Below are positions 17,612-27,430 of a stretch of DNA of 36,450 nt, in pieces. How positions within the stretch are numbered: the stretch's first letter is position 1; the number at the start of each line of letters is the position of its first letter. A model generated the notes under the pieces. The model did no database searches. It worked only from the letters and a program-made list of their open reading frames with translations, and was not told the origin of the DNA. The DNA lies in the IMG/VR virus record IMGVR_UViG_3300032225_000356, positions 1-36,450 of that record, one strand, 5' to 3'. Origin of the DNA: a virus. Its lineage: Duplodnaviria; Caudoviricetes. The position numbers were made by a program, and so were the translations under genes.

Positions 17612-17796
17612 ATTGGCTTCTTAAAGGCGGTTCACCTGACGATAGATACCCCGCAAATCCATACTTGCGAGATTATTTTATTGTAAAAAACTTTGGTTGG
17701 ACTAAAGATCAAATAGATGAACAACCTGCTGTTTGGTTAGATTGGATGCTTTCAATTCATGGAATCGTACAAGAGATAGAAAATAACGCTCAATAA
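17584..17796 (+). CDS. Tail assembly chaperone -1 frameshift extension (gpGT-like), not in the ORF track
   Basis: -1 frame open for 70 codons (SNYRELRRINWLLKGG...FGWTKDQIDEQPAVWLDW...NAQ*); no convincing independent start. Confidence 0.85.
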   Translation, partial: SNYRELRRINWLLKGGSPDDRYPANPYLRDYFIVKNFGWTKDQIDEQPAVWLDWMLSIHGIVQEIENNAQ

Positions 17797-17840
17797 AGGT
17801 AAACTGTAATTATTGTTTTTTAATGTAAGGATTAAAGCAA

Positions 17841-20051
17841 ATGTCTGAAATCCCACCAGTTTATATTGAATTTAAAGGTGACGTAAAAAGTTTACAAGCA
17901 GCACTTAAAACTGCGCAAGGGGAACTTGATACATTAGGCAAACACGCCAAAAAAACAGGACAAGATACTAAAGGTCTTTCCGCTACTGCGGTTGCTGCTG
18001 GTGCAGTTATGGCAAGCGTATTTCAAAAAGCGGCGGGCGAAGCATTAAAATTTGGCAAAGAATTTGTTTCTGTTTACGCTGACATTGGTAAAGAAGTTCG
18101 CACAATGCAGCGCGTACTTGGTGGAACAGCCGAAGACATGAGCCGTTTGCGTTTTGCTTCAGAAGAAGTTGGAGTATCTAGCGAAACTTTAACTAAAGGT
18201 ATGCGCATACTTTCCAAGCACTTACAAGCGAATGACGCTGCGGCTAAAAGTCTTAAAATTTCTTACCGCGATGCAAATGGTCAAATGCTCCCTAGCACTA
18301 AAATTATTGCTAATCTTGCTGATCGTTTTTCTAAATTGCCAGCAGGTCTTGACCGAACTGCTTTAGCAATGAAAGCCTTTGGACGATCAGGTACAGAAAT
18401 GTTACCAATTTTAAATCTAGGTAAAAAAGGCCTTGAAGAATTTTATGCAAATGCAGACAAACTTGGATTAACTCTTTCAGGCAAAGATTTGGCGGCAACA
18501 AAAGACTACACACTTAAGATGCGTGAAATGCACGCTGCCATCCAAGGCGTTCAGTTATCTGTAGGGCGAGATTTAGTTCCAATACTAAGTGATCTTGCAG
18601 GAAAGTTTGTAAAAGATGTAATTCCTCAAATACAAAACTTTGTAAACGGTTTAATGGGCAAGCAAGGTGTAATGGGTGCGCTTGGAAAATCTGGTGAACA
18701 GGCGCATAAGTGGGGTTTAATTATTCACGCCGCTATGCAATTTGTAATGGATTTCAAAGGTCAACTTGCTGGCATTGCTGGAATCATGGCAGGAATTTGG
18801 GCAATCAGTAAAGTAGCCGCTGGTGCTGCTGCCATTATTAAAATTATACAAAGCGTTATTGCTGTAAATGAGTTAATGACCGCATCTGCCGTTACTGCGG
18901 AAACTGCGGAAGCGGCTGCTACTGGCGGTTTGTCACTTGGTGCGGCTGCTGTTGGCGTTACGGCTGCTCTTGCGGCTACGGGTGCTATGTTGGCGGGGGC
19001 TAAAGCCATCTCAGATCGCTACAAAACGGCTTCCACTAATGCAGTAGCGCAAAGATACGGAAGCGAAAATTCGGGCGCGGGTGGTGGAATTGTAACTGGT
19101 GCAGGATTAAATTCAGGGCTAGATCAAGGAACAGATAATTTCTTTGACACAAGCGGAACAACTAGCGGAACAACTAGCGGAACAACTAAAGCAGTTAAAG
19201 CAACCGCTTTTGAAAAGTTTATGGCTTCACAACAAAATAGACTACAGATATTAAATGCTCGTTTATCTCTAAATATGGCGCAAACCAAAGACTTAAAAAA
19301 AGAAGAACGTTACGCAACTCATTATCGCGATCAAGTTAAAGCAATGTTTAAGGCAGCGCAAGCGCAAGAAAAGAAAACTAGAGGAACAAAAGAACACGCT
19401 GCGGCGCAAGACTACTTAAATCAAATGATGACTACTTACGCTGGTGCTATTGAGTCGGCGGACTCTGCAAAAAAGGCCAATGCCGATCCAACTAAACCAA
19501 TTAAAAAAACTGCTTTAGAAATTATGATACAAAAACAACAAAACCGTTTATCAATATTAAATTCTCGTTTAGCGTTAAACATGGCTCAAACTGAAGATTT
19601 AAAAAAAGAAGCAGGATACGCGACTCAATACCGTGACCAAGTTAAAGCAATGTTTGAAGCAGCGCAAGCACAAGAAAAAAAGACTAAAGGAACAAAAGAA
19701 CACGCCGCCGCACAAGAATACCTAAATCAAATTATGGGTACTTATGCTAGTGCAATAGACTCCGCAAATTCTGCACAAAAAAGTTATGCTGATTCAATTA
19801 AAAAAACATCGGATGCAACCAAATCTCTTGCCGATCAAATGGACAGATTAAGTACCATTGGCACAAACAACAGTTGGATGGCTGCTCAAATTAGGGCTAG
19901 TGGCCCACAGCGCGAAAACTTTGGCGGTTACATTACCGTACCTATTTCTATTGACGGTCAAACCGTATTCCGCGCAACTCAAAAGTATTCAAATCTTAAC
20001 GACAGAAGGAATGTAACTAACGGCTTATCTTTATCGGGTAGTCTAATCTAA
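17841..20051 (+). CDS. Tape measure protein
   Basis: Long Ala/Gly-rich helical protein after the chaperones; hydrophobic central segment. Confidence 0.92.
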   Translation: MSEIPPVYIEFKGDVKSLQAALKTAQGELDTLGKHAKKTGQDTKGLSATAVAAGAVMASVFQKAAGEALKFGKEFVSVYADIGKEVRTMQRVLGGTAEDMSRLRFASEEVGVSSETLTKGMRILSKHLQANDAAAKSLKISYRDANGQMLPSTKIIANLADRFSKLPAGLDRTALAMKAFGRSGTEMLPILNLGKKGLEEFYANADKLGLTLSGKDLAATKDYTLKMREMHAAIQGVQLSVGRDLVPILSDLAGKFVKDVIPQIQNFVNGLMGKQGVMGALGKSGEQAHKWGLIIHAAMQFVMDFKGQLAGIAGIMAGIWAISKVAAGAAAIIKIIQSVIAVNELMTASAVTAETAEAAATGGLSLGAAAVGVTAALAATGAMLAGAKAISDRYKTASTNAVAQRYGSENSGAGGGIVTGAGLNSGLDQGTDNFFDTSGTTSGTTSGTTKAVKATAFEKFMASQQNRLQILNARLSLNMAQTKDLKKEERYATHYRDQVKAMFKAAQAQEKKTRGTKEHAAAQDYLNQMMTTYAGAIESADSAKKANADPTKPIKKTALEIMIQKQQNRLSILNSRLALNMAQTEDLKKEAGYATQYRDQVKAMFEAAQAQEKKTKGTKEHAAAQEYLNQIMGTYASAIDSANSAQKSYADSIKKTSDATKSLADQMDRLSTIGTNNSWMAAQIRASGPQRENFGGYITVPISIDGQTVFRATQKYSNLNDRRNVTNGLSLSGSLI
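19152..19187 (+). repeat. 3 x 12-bp tandem repeat AGCGGAACAACT (SGTT x3)
   Basis: Exact repeats read directly. Confidence 0.9.
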
Positions 20052-23000
20052 TGCCTAGAGATTTACCTTACGTTGGAATTTCTTTTTCACCTAAAGTTAC
20101 TTCAAACACTCCTTGGTTTTTGCGTTCAAAAGTAAAACAAAGTTACCTTACTGCACCTGCAAATAGCATCCCTGCAAGTTTTGGTACGGCTATTGCAAAT
20201 CGCACTTATTCATTTAGCACTAGGCGTGGTCGTACCTATGAGTTAGGGCGCATTGAAGCAGGAGAATGTAATTTAACAGTTAATAATTCTGACGGATTGT
20301 TTGACCCATCTAATACTTCTAGTGCTTTTTATCCAAATGTCTTGCCTTACAAACCCATTGAAATTGCTTGCGCGTATCCGTTAACTGGCAACATTCTTAA
20401 CGACACTAATCTTGCACCAGTTGTGCCAGAAGGCTCTCCATCTACGCCAGCAAAAGTTAGAACTTCCGTTGGCGCAAATGACAGCAATTTTGAACTTGGT
20501 GTAGTTAGTAATTGGTATTCAACAAGTGGAAACATAAGTGCGTTAACTGGTAATCCACATAGCGGTACTTATTCTTTACAAATACAGACAACAACTTCTG
20601 CTCTTTTAGACATTCCTGTTGTATCGGGTCAAAAAATAACAATTAGTTATTGGGTATATTGCGCTACAACTTCAAATGTTTATACAGCAGTTTACGATGG
20701 CGCACTTCCAGTAGCAACAGTTAATCCATTTGTTCTTGGAAGTTCTCCACTAGCAGGTTACTTAGCAGGTTCGGGTGCTTCTTATACGGCAAACTCAACA
20801 TACACTCAAAAAGTTATTACGGTTACACCGCAAACAAATAGAATCGTATTAGTAATAGGCAATAACAATTCACCAAATGCGATAATTTACATAGACGATG
20901 TGCAAGTAGAATTTGGTGCAACTGCTAGTACCTACACAACTACTGGACCAAAGATTTACAATTTGTTTAGCGGATTTGTTGAGCGTTATCCGCAAACTTA
21001 TCAAGCACCTAATCGTGGTCAATCTAATCTATTAGCCACCGATGCGCTTGGTTCAATGTCGCAAGTTAGTTTAAATAGTTTGTACGCTTCTTACTTATTG
21101 CAAGACGCTAATCAAGCACTTTATTATTACCCATGTAATGAAAATGATAAAAGTACCGCCGCATTTAATCAAAGCGTTTATTCACAACCTAATTTAACTT
21201 ATGTTCAATTATTAAAAGGTGGTGGAACAGGGTCGGGTTCGGGTTCATCAGTATTTGGCGTAGGTGCTGCTGACTATCAACTTTTGCTTAAAGGAATGAA
21301 TACTACTGGCGCACAAGGAAATGTAGGAACTGGAACATCTGGCGCACCTGTTGGCACTTTTTTAGGAACAACTGGATTAACTGATCTTGTTTTTTCGTCA
21401 ACGCCTTTAACATTTTCATTTTGGTACTACGCTGGTGCTAGTGATGCCGTTAGTGCACCGTTTACGGATTCTACAATTTTTGCTACAACAGACAATTCAG
21501 GCACATACTTACTCCAATGGCGAATTAACGCAACTGGATACCTTACTTTAGTTGCTTCCAAAATTATTGGTGACGGAGTTGCTACCGAGACTATTTTATA
21601 CACGGCAACTACATCAGCAGGTTTAGTTACTGCTAATAAGGCTTATTACTGTAAGTTTGGCGTTTCAAAATCTGGTGGAACGCTTAGTTGGAGTTTCTAT
21701 GTATCTAACGGAACAAATCAAGAATCTAGTTCAGGTACATCTAGTCCGTCTGGTTGGGCAAGCGTAAGTGGATTATCTGCAATTTACATAGGCGCACCAT
21801 GCTTAAACAATGATGGAGTTGTGGGGCATTTAGCAATTCAGCGCGGAAGTACATCAGGTTTGACTTATCAAAACATTGGATTTTTTGGACAATTAACAGG
21901 TTCAAGTACGCCAGAACAAACTGGAACTCGTTTCTCTAACATGATGAAATACTTTTCAGGATTTAACTATGTTCCTTTTGCAAGCGATTTAGGTCGCTCA
22001 CAGATGCAAGCATTTACTCCTACAAATACAAACTTTGTTGATTACGCTCAATCTATTGCTGATACAGAAAGCGGAACTTGGTTTATTGACGGTGGCGGTT
22101 TTGTTAATTTTGATAACCGTTGGGATAAATTACAAAAGATAACACCATCAGTAATTTTTGGCGATAGCGCAGGTGAAGTGCCTTACGCTGGTGGTGATCT
22201 TGTCGTTAACTATGACCCCACTTACATTTACAATGACGTAGAAATTAGTCGCAACGGTGGCGTGACTGCAAATGCCGTAGATTCAAATTCAGTATTTAAT
22301 TATTTTCCAAGATCGTATACTAAAACTCTTTACAACAATGCAGATTCCGAAGCAGTTGATACCGCTAACTTTATTTTATCTCGTTACAAAGATGCTCATT
22401 TAAGACCAGAACAAATTAAATTAACTCCTGCCCGCAATCCAAGTATTTGGGCATCTGTTTTAGGGCTTGAAGTTAGTGATTACGTTCGCGTTAATAAACG
22501 ACCTCTTGGTAGCGCAAGCATTTCCATTGATTGTTTTATTGAAAGAATAGAACATCATTTTGACGCACAAACTGGCGACTGGGAAGTTGTAGTTACGTTA
22601 TCGCCAGCAGTTGCTACTTACTGGAATCTTGGTGCTATGCAAGCCACTACGACAGGGGCAGCAACAGCAAACACTTATGTATTTACTAAAGGCGCAGTTT
22701 CTAGCGCAGGTTTGACTTCCCCAAGAGATTTGGTTGCTGGTCAAATGCTCCAATACACTTCTGGTGGAATTACTTATGTAGATGTAGTGTCTGGTGCAAT
22801 AACCGAAACTGCTACAACAATTACAGTTCCCGTTCTTAAAGTCGGCAAATTTTCTCAAGGCTATGCTTTTCCTGGTAGTGCTTTGTCTTATGTCTATTTA
22901 AGCAAAGCAACACTTACTGGAGACATTAAAATGGACGCTATTGGTACCGTTAACATCTCCGATACTTTTGGTGCGCTAACAAATCAAAAAGTTTTAGTTG

Positions 23001-23842
23001 ACTTAGAAATTATAGGTTGCACAACTAATGCTGGAAATACTATTACTACCACCAGTCGCGCAAATAATAGTACCTTGCAAGGAGTTGGTGGCTCTAGTGG
23101 AACTTACACGGCTTCACATCTTTCTGGTGCTACTGTTTATTTACTCAATTCTGGAATTGGCGGCAACGTACCTGCTGGAACGGTTGTATCAGAGTATTTA
23201 CCAAATCAAATAACTCGCATTCCGTATTCAGCACCTAGCGCATCTCAATACAATAATTATTCAAAATTAGGTTCTTGGAATAATACTTTGTATCAAGATT
23301 CTACAAACATTGCTTATGGGTTTAGCACAAATCAAGCAGCGTTTTTAACTATAAATCCGTTAATAGATAAAGACAATTATCCCGCAAGCGATTTGGCTAT
23401 TGGGCAAATTGTTACAGTTGGTGACCCAGGTGGAACGAAAGAACCGTTAGGAATTATTGCTTTAGGTACTCCAAACTTATCTGGGGTATGGACTTTAACG
23501 GGATACAAATTAAACGATTTGAACATAGCGTTAAGTGCTGACATGACCATAGACACCACAACATTAAACGCGACTTCTGCATCACTTTCTATTGGTACTG
23601 GACTTTTAATTGGTAATGAGTTTATGTTAATTACTGGCGGTGTGTCAGGCGCATGGACGGTACTAAGAGGTACGCCAGATACCACAATTTCGGTGCAAAA
23701 TAAATCACGGCACTATCAATACGACAAAATTTATACGATTGACTTTACTGGTTTATTTACAACGTACTCAACTGGTGTGGCAGTTTATGAAGGCTATTCT
23801 GGTGCTACTATTGTTCAAGGTTCTGCAAGGTTAGGTTATTAA
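20051..23842 (+). CDS. Large minor tail / baseplate hub protein with probable carbohydrate-binding and LamG-like domains
   Basis: RRGRTYELGRIEAG...NNSDGLFDP N-terminus; NFELG...YIDDVQVE CBM-like segment; 1263 aa. Confidence 0.85.
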   Translation: MPRDLPYVGISFSPKVTSNTPWFLRSKVKQSYLTAPANSIPASFGTAIANRTYSFSTRRGRTYELGRIEAGECNLTVNNSDGLFDPSNTSSAFYPNVLPYKPIEIACAYPLTGNILNDTNLAPVVPEGSPSTPAKVRTSVGANDSNFELGVVSNWYSTSGNISALTGNPHSGTYSLQIQTTTSALLDIPVVSGQKITISYWVYCATTSNVYTAVYDGALPVATVNPFVLGSSPLAGYLAGSGASYTANSTYTQKVITVTPQTNRIVLVIGNNNSPNAIIYIDDVQVEFGATASTYTTTGPKIYNLFSGFVERYPQTYQAPNRGQSNLLATDALGSMSQVSLNSLYASYLLQDANQALYYYPCNENDKSTAAFNQSVYSQPNLTYVQLLKGGGTGSGSGSSVFGVGAADYQLLLKGMNTTGAQGNVGTGTSGAPVGTFLGTTGLTDLVFSSTPLTFSFWYYAGASDAVSAPFTDSTIFATTDNSGTYLLQWRINATGYLTLVASKIIGDGVATETILYTATTSAGLVTANKAYYCKFGVSKSGGTLSWSFYVSNGTNQESSSGTSSPSGWASVSGLSAIYIGAPCLNNDGVVGHLAIQRGSTSGLTYQNIGFFGQLTGSSTPEQTGTRFSNMMKYFSGFNYVPFASDLGRSQMQAFTPTNTNFVDYAQSIADTESGTWFIDGGGFVNFDNRWDKLQKITPSVIFGDSAGEVPYAGGDLVVNYDPTYIYNDVEISRNGGVTANAVDSNSVFNYFPRSYTKTLYNNADSEAVDTANFILSRYKDAHLRPEQIKLTPARNPSIWASVLGLEVSDYVRVNKRPLGSASISIDCFIERIEHHFDAQTGDWEVVVTLSPAVATYWNLGAMQATTTGAATANTYVFTKGAVSSAGLTSPRDLVAGQMLQYTSGGITYVDVVSGAITETATTITVPVLKVGKFSQGYAFPGSALSYVYLSKATLTGDIKMDAIGTVNISDTFGALTNQKVLVDLEIIGCTTNAGNTITTTSRANNSTLQGVGGSSGTYTASHLSGATVYLLNSGIGGNVPAGTVVSEYLPNQITRIPYSAPSASQYNNYSKLGSWNNTLYQDSTNIAYGFSTNQAAFLTINPLIDKDNYPASDLAIGQIVTVGDPGGTKEPLGIIALGTPNLSGVWTLTGYKLNDLNIALSADMTIDTTTLNATSASLSIGTGLLIGNEFMLITGGVSGAWTVLRGTPDTTISVQNKSRHYQYDKIYTIDFTGLFTTYSTGVAVYEGYSGATIVQGSARLGY

Positions 23843-24382
23843 ATGATTGTTCCAAGCACTAGATTATTTACTGCTGGTGAAGTTGAAACTGGCGCGTTTT
23901 TAAACTCTGCCGTAACCAACCTTGGCAACTTTGTTCTTGGTAAACCAATTACTCAAATAATTTGCGCTACAACTCCAGTTGTCATTGCCGCCAATACTAT
24001 TGTTCCAATTCAATTTACTGGATTTATAGTTAACCGCGACAATTCTTGGTCAAACGTAAATAACACTCGCTTTACCGCACAGACGGCTGGTTATTATTAC
24101 TTAACTGGTCAACTTCAATGGGCTGCTACAACTGCTACAACTAGAAGTGCTTATTTTCGCACCAATGGAACAACAAACATAACTGGAAGTTTAGAACAAA
24201 AAATTGCAGCGCAAACAACGGCGCAACCAACAACTACTACTGCTCAATGTTTGGTTTATTTAAACGTAGGTGATTACGTTGAACTTATTGCGTATTCAGG
24301 TACAGCAACCACTCTTGCTGCTCTTGCTACTCCAGCATTTCCAAATACCGCAACTATGAGCGCGATTTGGGTTAGTGTCTAA
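23843..24382 (+). CDS. Minor tail protein with C1q/TNF-like beta-sandwich
   Basis: RFTAQTAGYYY and VYLNVGDYVEL motifs. Confidence 0.75.
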   Translation: MIVPSTRLFTAGEVETGAFLNSAVTNLGNFVLGKPITQIICATTPVVIAANTIVPIQFTGFIVNRDNSWSNVNNTRFTAQTAGYYYLTGQLQWAATTATTRSAYFRTNGTTNITGSLEQKIAAQTTAQPTTTTAQCLVYLNVGDYVELIAYSGTATTLAALATPAFPNTATMSAIWVSV

Positions 24383-24696
24383 TGTTTAATTTAAATGCCG
24401 TGTCTAGTGTGGCGCAATTATTTGCTTTAATAATTACCGCGTTAATTGGTCTTTACGGAATTTGGCGCAGGATAGACAAACGACAAACCGAATCTCAAAT
24501 ACAAACTATTCGGATTAACGACAAACTTGATCGCATTGAATTGCAATTTGGTCCTAATGGTGGCGGTATTCGTGAAGCCGTAAACACAATGTCAGCCAAA
24601 GTTGATAAGATTGAAACCAGAGTAAATACCATTGACACTAAGTTAGCCAATCTTGGTGGGAAATTTGACCAACATATAATAGAAACGGATAATTAA
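24382..24696 (+). CDS. Membrane protein (N-terminal TM helix plus coiled coil) in the lysis cassette
   Basis: Hydrophobic N-terminus; PNGGG motif. Confidence 0.75.
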   Translation: MFNLNAVSSVAQLFALIITALIGLYGIWRRIDKRQTESQIQTIRINDKLDRIELQFGPNGGGIREAVNTMSAKVDKIETRVNTIDTKLANLGGKFDQHIIETDN

Positions 24697-24936
24697 ATGA
24701 CACCATTTATGAAAGCAGTAGCCGAACGCGCTATTAAAACATTCCTACAAACTTTTGTTGCCATTGCTGGTACGGCTAATTTATTTGACGTTGGTTCTAC
24801 AACCGATGCTTTAGGCGTAGCGTTTTCGGCTGCCGTACTTTCAATTATGACCAGCGTTGCTTCTGCGCAATTTGGTAGCAACGGGCCAAGTCTTGCTGGC
24901 GAACAAGTATCTCCAGAAACGGTAGCAGGACACTAA
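24697..24936 (+). CDS. Holin (r1t-like)
   Basis: AERAIKTFLQT...LSIMTSVAS...GPSL signature; two TM segments. Confidence 0.88.
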   Translation: MTPFMKAVAERAIKTFLQTFVAIAGTANLFDVGSTTDALGVAFSAAVLSIMTSVASAQFGSNGPSLAGEQVSPETVAGH

Positions 24937-25346
24937 TGAAACCCGTAGATGCTAAATTTAAAATTACTCAAGGCTACGGAAACAAAAGTGGCCTATACCA
25001 AAGTGGAATGCACAAAGGCGTTGATTATGGCGTTCCTGTTGGCACTTCTGTTTTTGCTTGCGTTGACGGCGTTGTTATTGGTAATAGTTGGGGTTCTGCT
25101 TTTGGGAATCACATAATTATTGCTAATGATAATTTTGTTGATGGTTCTTCTGGGTTATGGATTGGTTACGCGCATCTATCTAAAATCAATGTCAAAGTTG
25201 GGCAAAAAATTAAACGTGGTCAAGTTATTGGACTTAGTGGAATGACTGGTCACGTTACAGGGCCGCATCTTCACATTGAAGTACAGAAACAAGATCGCTG
25301 GAATGCACTTGGTTCTGTTAATCCTCTTAAATGGATAAATGCTTAA
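24936..25346 (+). CDS. Endolysin, M23 peptidase
   Basis: HKGVD, YAHL and TGPHLH motifs. Confidence 0.92.
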   Translation: MKPVDAKFKITQGYGNKSGLYQSGMHKGVDYGVPVGTSVFACVDGVVIGNSWGSAFGNHIIIANDNFVDGSSGLWIGYAHLSKINVKVGQKIKRGQVIGLSGMTGHVTGPHLHIEVQKQDRWNALGSVNPLKWINA

Positions 25347-25591
25347 GAACTAATTTAAATCAATTTGCGGTGTCAGGTTATGTTGCTAATGTGGTTGATG
25401 TGAATACCTGCGGAGTTGCGCGAGTCTACGAAGCCATGACTGAAGAAGATGTTAAAGCCTTACGCGCTCTTCTTGCTGCACCTATTCCTGCAATTGCTGT
25501 TGCAAGAGAATTAGAAGCCGCTAATTTTAAAATTAGTTATCAAATGGTTTATCGTCATAGATCAAATACTTGTTCTTGCGGTTCGCTATGA
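25331..25591 (+). CDS. Small HTH/Zn-binding protein (start uncertain)
   Basis: C...IAVARELE...RHRSNTCSC pattern. Confidence 0.65.
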   Translation: MDKCLRTNLNQFAVSGYVANVVDVNTCGVARVYEAMTEEDVKALRALLAAPIPAIAVARELEAANFKISYQMVYRHRSNTCSCGSL

Positions 25592-26784
25592 CACAATTTG
25601 GCGAGCGCATAAATGAATTGTTGTCTACTGTTGAATCCAATTTATTAGATGCTTCAGTAGCCAAAAAAAAGGCTGAAGAAAATAAAGGTTTACCTTGGAC
25701 TGCTGGCGTCACTCTTGACGGAAATACTGGCGAATTGCGAACTGCTGCCAAAGATGAACCATTTAGTAACTGGGATGATGAACTTAGATCGTGGGGTTAT
25801 GACCCTGCTATTTATGAAGTTGTTGAACCTGTGCGAATGTCTACTTGGCAAACTTATGACGAACGCCAACTATGGGCTTACCGCGCGCAAATTAAATCTA
25901 AAACTAGTCTGACTTCTTCCGAGTTAGAAACCATGACTCAACCTGTAAAGCGTGACCGTAGAAAGCCCGTAGCGCGTCCCATAGGCGCGTACACAATGGT
26001 TGTGCCTATGGGTGACTGGCAGATAGGAAAAAGCGATGGGGACGGTCTGGAAGGTACTGTGGCGCGTATCGAGAATTCATTTAATTCGATTCTTGACCGC
26101 GTTAATTTTTTGCGCAAATCAGGTTATCAAATTGGTCACTTATTTATTGCTTCTCTTGGTGATCTTGGCGAAGGTTGTGCAGGACATTACGAACAACAAA
26201 CATTCAGCATAAGCCTTGATCGGCGCGATCAAAATAAAATTGTTCGCCGCTTGGCGCGTAACGCTTTAATGAAATTGGCTCCAGAGTTTGACCAAGTAAC
26301 GGTTGCCGCTGTTGCTGGTAATCATGGCGAGAATCGCAAAGGTTCTAAATCATTTACTTCAACTAACGACAATGACGATGTAGCAATTTGGGAATCAGTA
26401 GCCGAAACTTTGTCAGTTCGTGAAGAACTTTATGGTCACATTAAATGGTTATTACCGCGTGAAGAACTTTCTGTTTCAGTTCAAATTGGAGAAAAAGTTA
26501 TTGGCTTATGTCACGGACACCAAGCGCGATCTGCTGACATTGTGCGATGGTGGGAAGGCCAATCACTTGGCAATCGTCCCGTGGCTTCTGCTGACATTCT
26601 TTTGTATGGGCATTGGCATCATTTTAAAATGGCAGAAGCATCTAAAGGCCGTTGGTCGCTCGGTGTACCTGCTCAAGATGGTGGCAGTCTTTGGTTTGAA
26701 GAATCTTCTGGCAAGGGAAGTACGGCTGGTCAAGTTACATTCCTGCTGTCGGACAACGGCTGGACTGAACTAGCAATCCTTTAG
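25588..26784 (+). CDS. Calcineurin-like metallophosphoesterase (Mre11/SbcD superfamily)
   Basis: GDWQ, GDLGEG, GNHGE, HGH and GHWH motifs. Confidence 0.88.
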   Translation: MTQFGERINELLSTVESNLLDASVAKKKAEENKGLPWTAGVTLDGNTGELRTAAKDEPFSNWDDELRSWGYDPAIYEVVEPVRMSTWQTYDERQLWAYRAQIKSKTSLTSSELETMTQPVKRDRRKPVARPIGAYTMVVPMGDWQIGKSDGDGLEGTVARIENSFNSILDRVNFLRKSGYQIGHLFIASLGDLGEGCAGHYEQQTFSISLDRRDQNKIVRRLARNALMKLAPEFDQVTVAAVAGNHGENRKGSKSFTSTNDNDDVAIWESVAETLSVREELYGHIKWLLPREELSVSVQIGEKVIGLCHGHQARSADIVRWWEGQSLGNRPVASADILLYGHWHHFKMAEASKGRWSLGVPAQDGGSLWFEESSGKGSTAGQVTFLLSDNGWTELAIL

Positions 26785-27074
26785 TGCTGATCTACCAAAA
26801 GCCAAGGAATTCGGGACAAATAAACGTCCAATCCTGTCAGGTAGTTAACGGCATCTGCGATTTCTTCGCGGAGTTCATTAACAATCTCTTGAGCGTTTAA
26901 TTCTTCCATGCGCTGGTGAGTTAATTTGTCGTATTGTTCACCGCCAAGAATCCGAGTTCGCGCAAAGTTTGTAAATTGCTGTTGGCAGTCTGCAAACTCT
27001 TGGCTAGTCATTCCAAAAGGTGGATACGAAGGTAACGCATAAGTTCCAAGCATCTGATCTTTCATTGCTGCCAT
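26781..27074 (-). CDS. MazG-like / all-alpha nucleotide pyrophosphohydrolase-like protein
   Basis: GGEQYD...ELREEIADAVNY motif. Confidence 0.6.
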   Translation of the reverse strand: MAAMKDQMLGTYALPSYPPFGMTSQEFADCQQQFTNFARTRILGGEQYDKLTHQRMEELNAQEIVNELREEIADAVNYLTGLDVYLSRIPWLLVDQH

Positions 27075-27223
27075 TAGTCAAACTCTCTTTCTTTTCCAAG
27101 TAGGTCCCAATCGGGTTCCTGTACCGTATCACTTTCTGACGCACCGCAATGTGCGCAAGCAAACACATTAACTTTTTCTATGGTGTCTTGATAGACCCAA
27201 TCGTGCAATGTTGTGCAAGTCAT
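27074..27223 (-). CDS. 49-aa Zn-ribbon-like protein (MTCTTLHDW...CAHCG...EPDWD), not in the ORF track
   Basis: TAATG overlaps at both ends. Confidence 0.7.
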   Translation of the reverse strand: MTCTTLHDWVYQDTIEKVNVFACAHCGASESDTVQEPDWDLLGKEREFD

Positions 27224-27426
27224 TATTTAATTTCCATTTCAATAGGTGCAATTAACTTTAAAGCCGTAACAGGATTTTCTTCTACTAACTTGTCGTAGAT
27301 AGGGCATGAATCATCTGGGTCAGTTGGTTTGCACCAGCCGCAAGATTCGTTAACGCCTAACCTGTAACCACTTATAAAAGTTATTGCCAATACGGATATT
27401 GCTGCCAAAATAAATATAATCGCCAT
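27223..27426 (-). CDS. Small membrane-anchored protein
   Basis: N-terminal hydrophobic helix. Confidence 0.7.
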   Translation of the reverse strand: MAIIFILAAISVLAITFISGYRLGVNESCGWCKPTDPDDSCPIYDKLVEENPVTALKLIAPIEMEIK

Positions 27427-27430
27427 GCTG

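Noticed and set aside
8952-19790. Diversity-generating retroelement template/variable repeats in the fibre or tape measure duplications
   Set aside because: No reverse transcriptase is present, both copies are in-frame coding, and the differences are not adenine-specific.
1011-23685. Minus-strand and alternate-frame ORFs overlapping structural genes (e.g. 1011-1424, 4676-5116, 11944-12249, 13619-13846)
   Set aside because: Shadow ORFs of well-supported plus-strand genes, with no motifs or SD.
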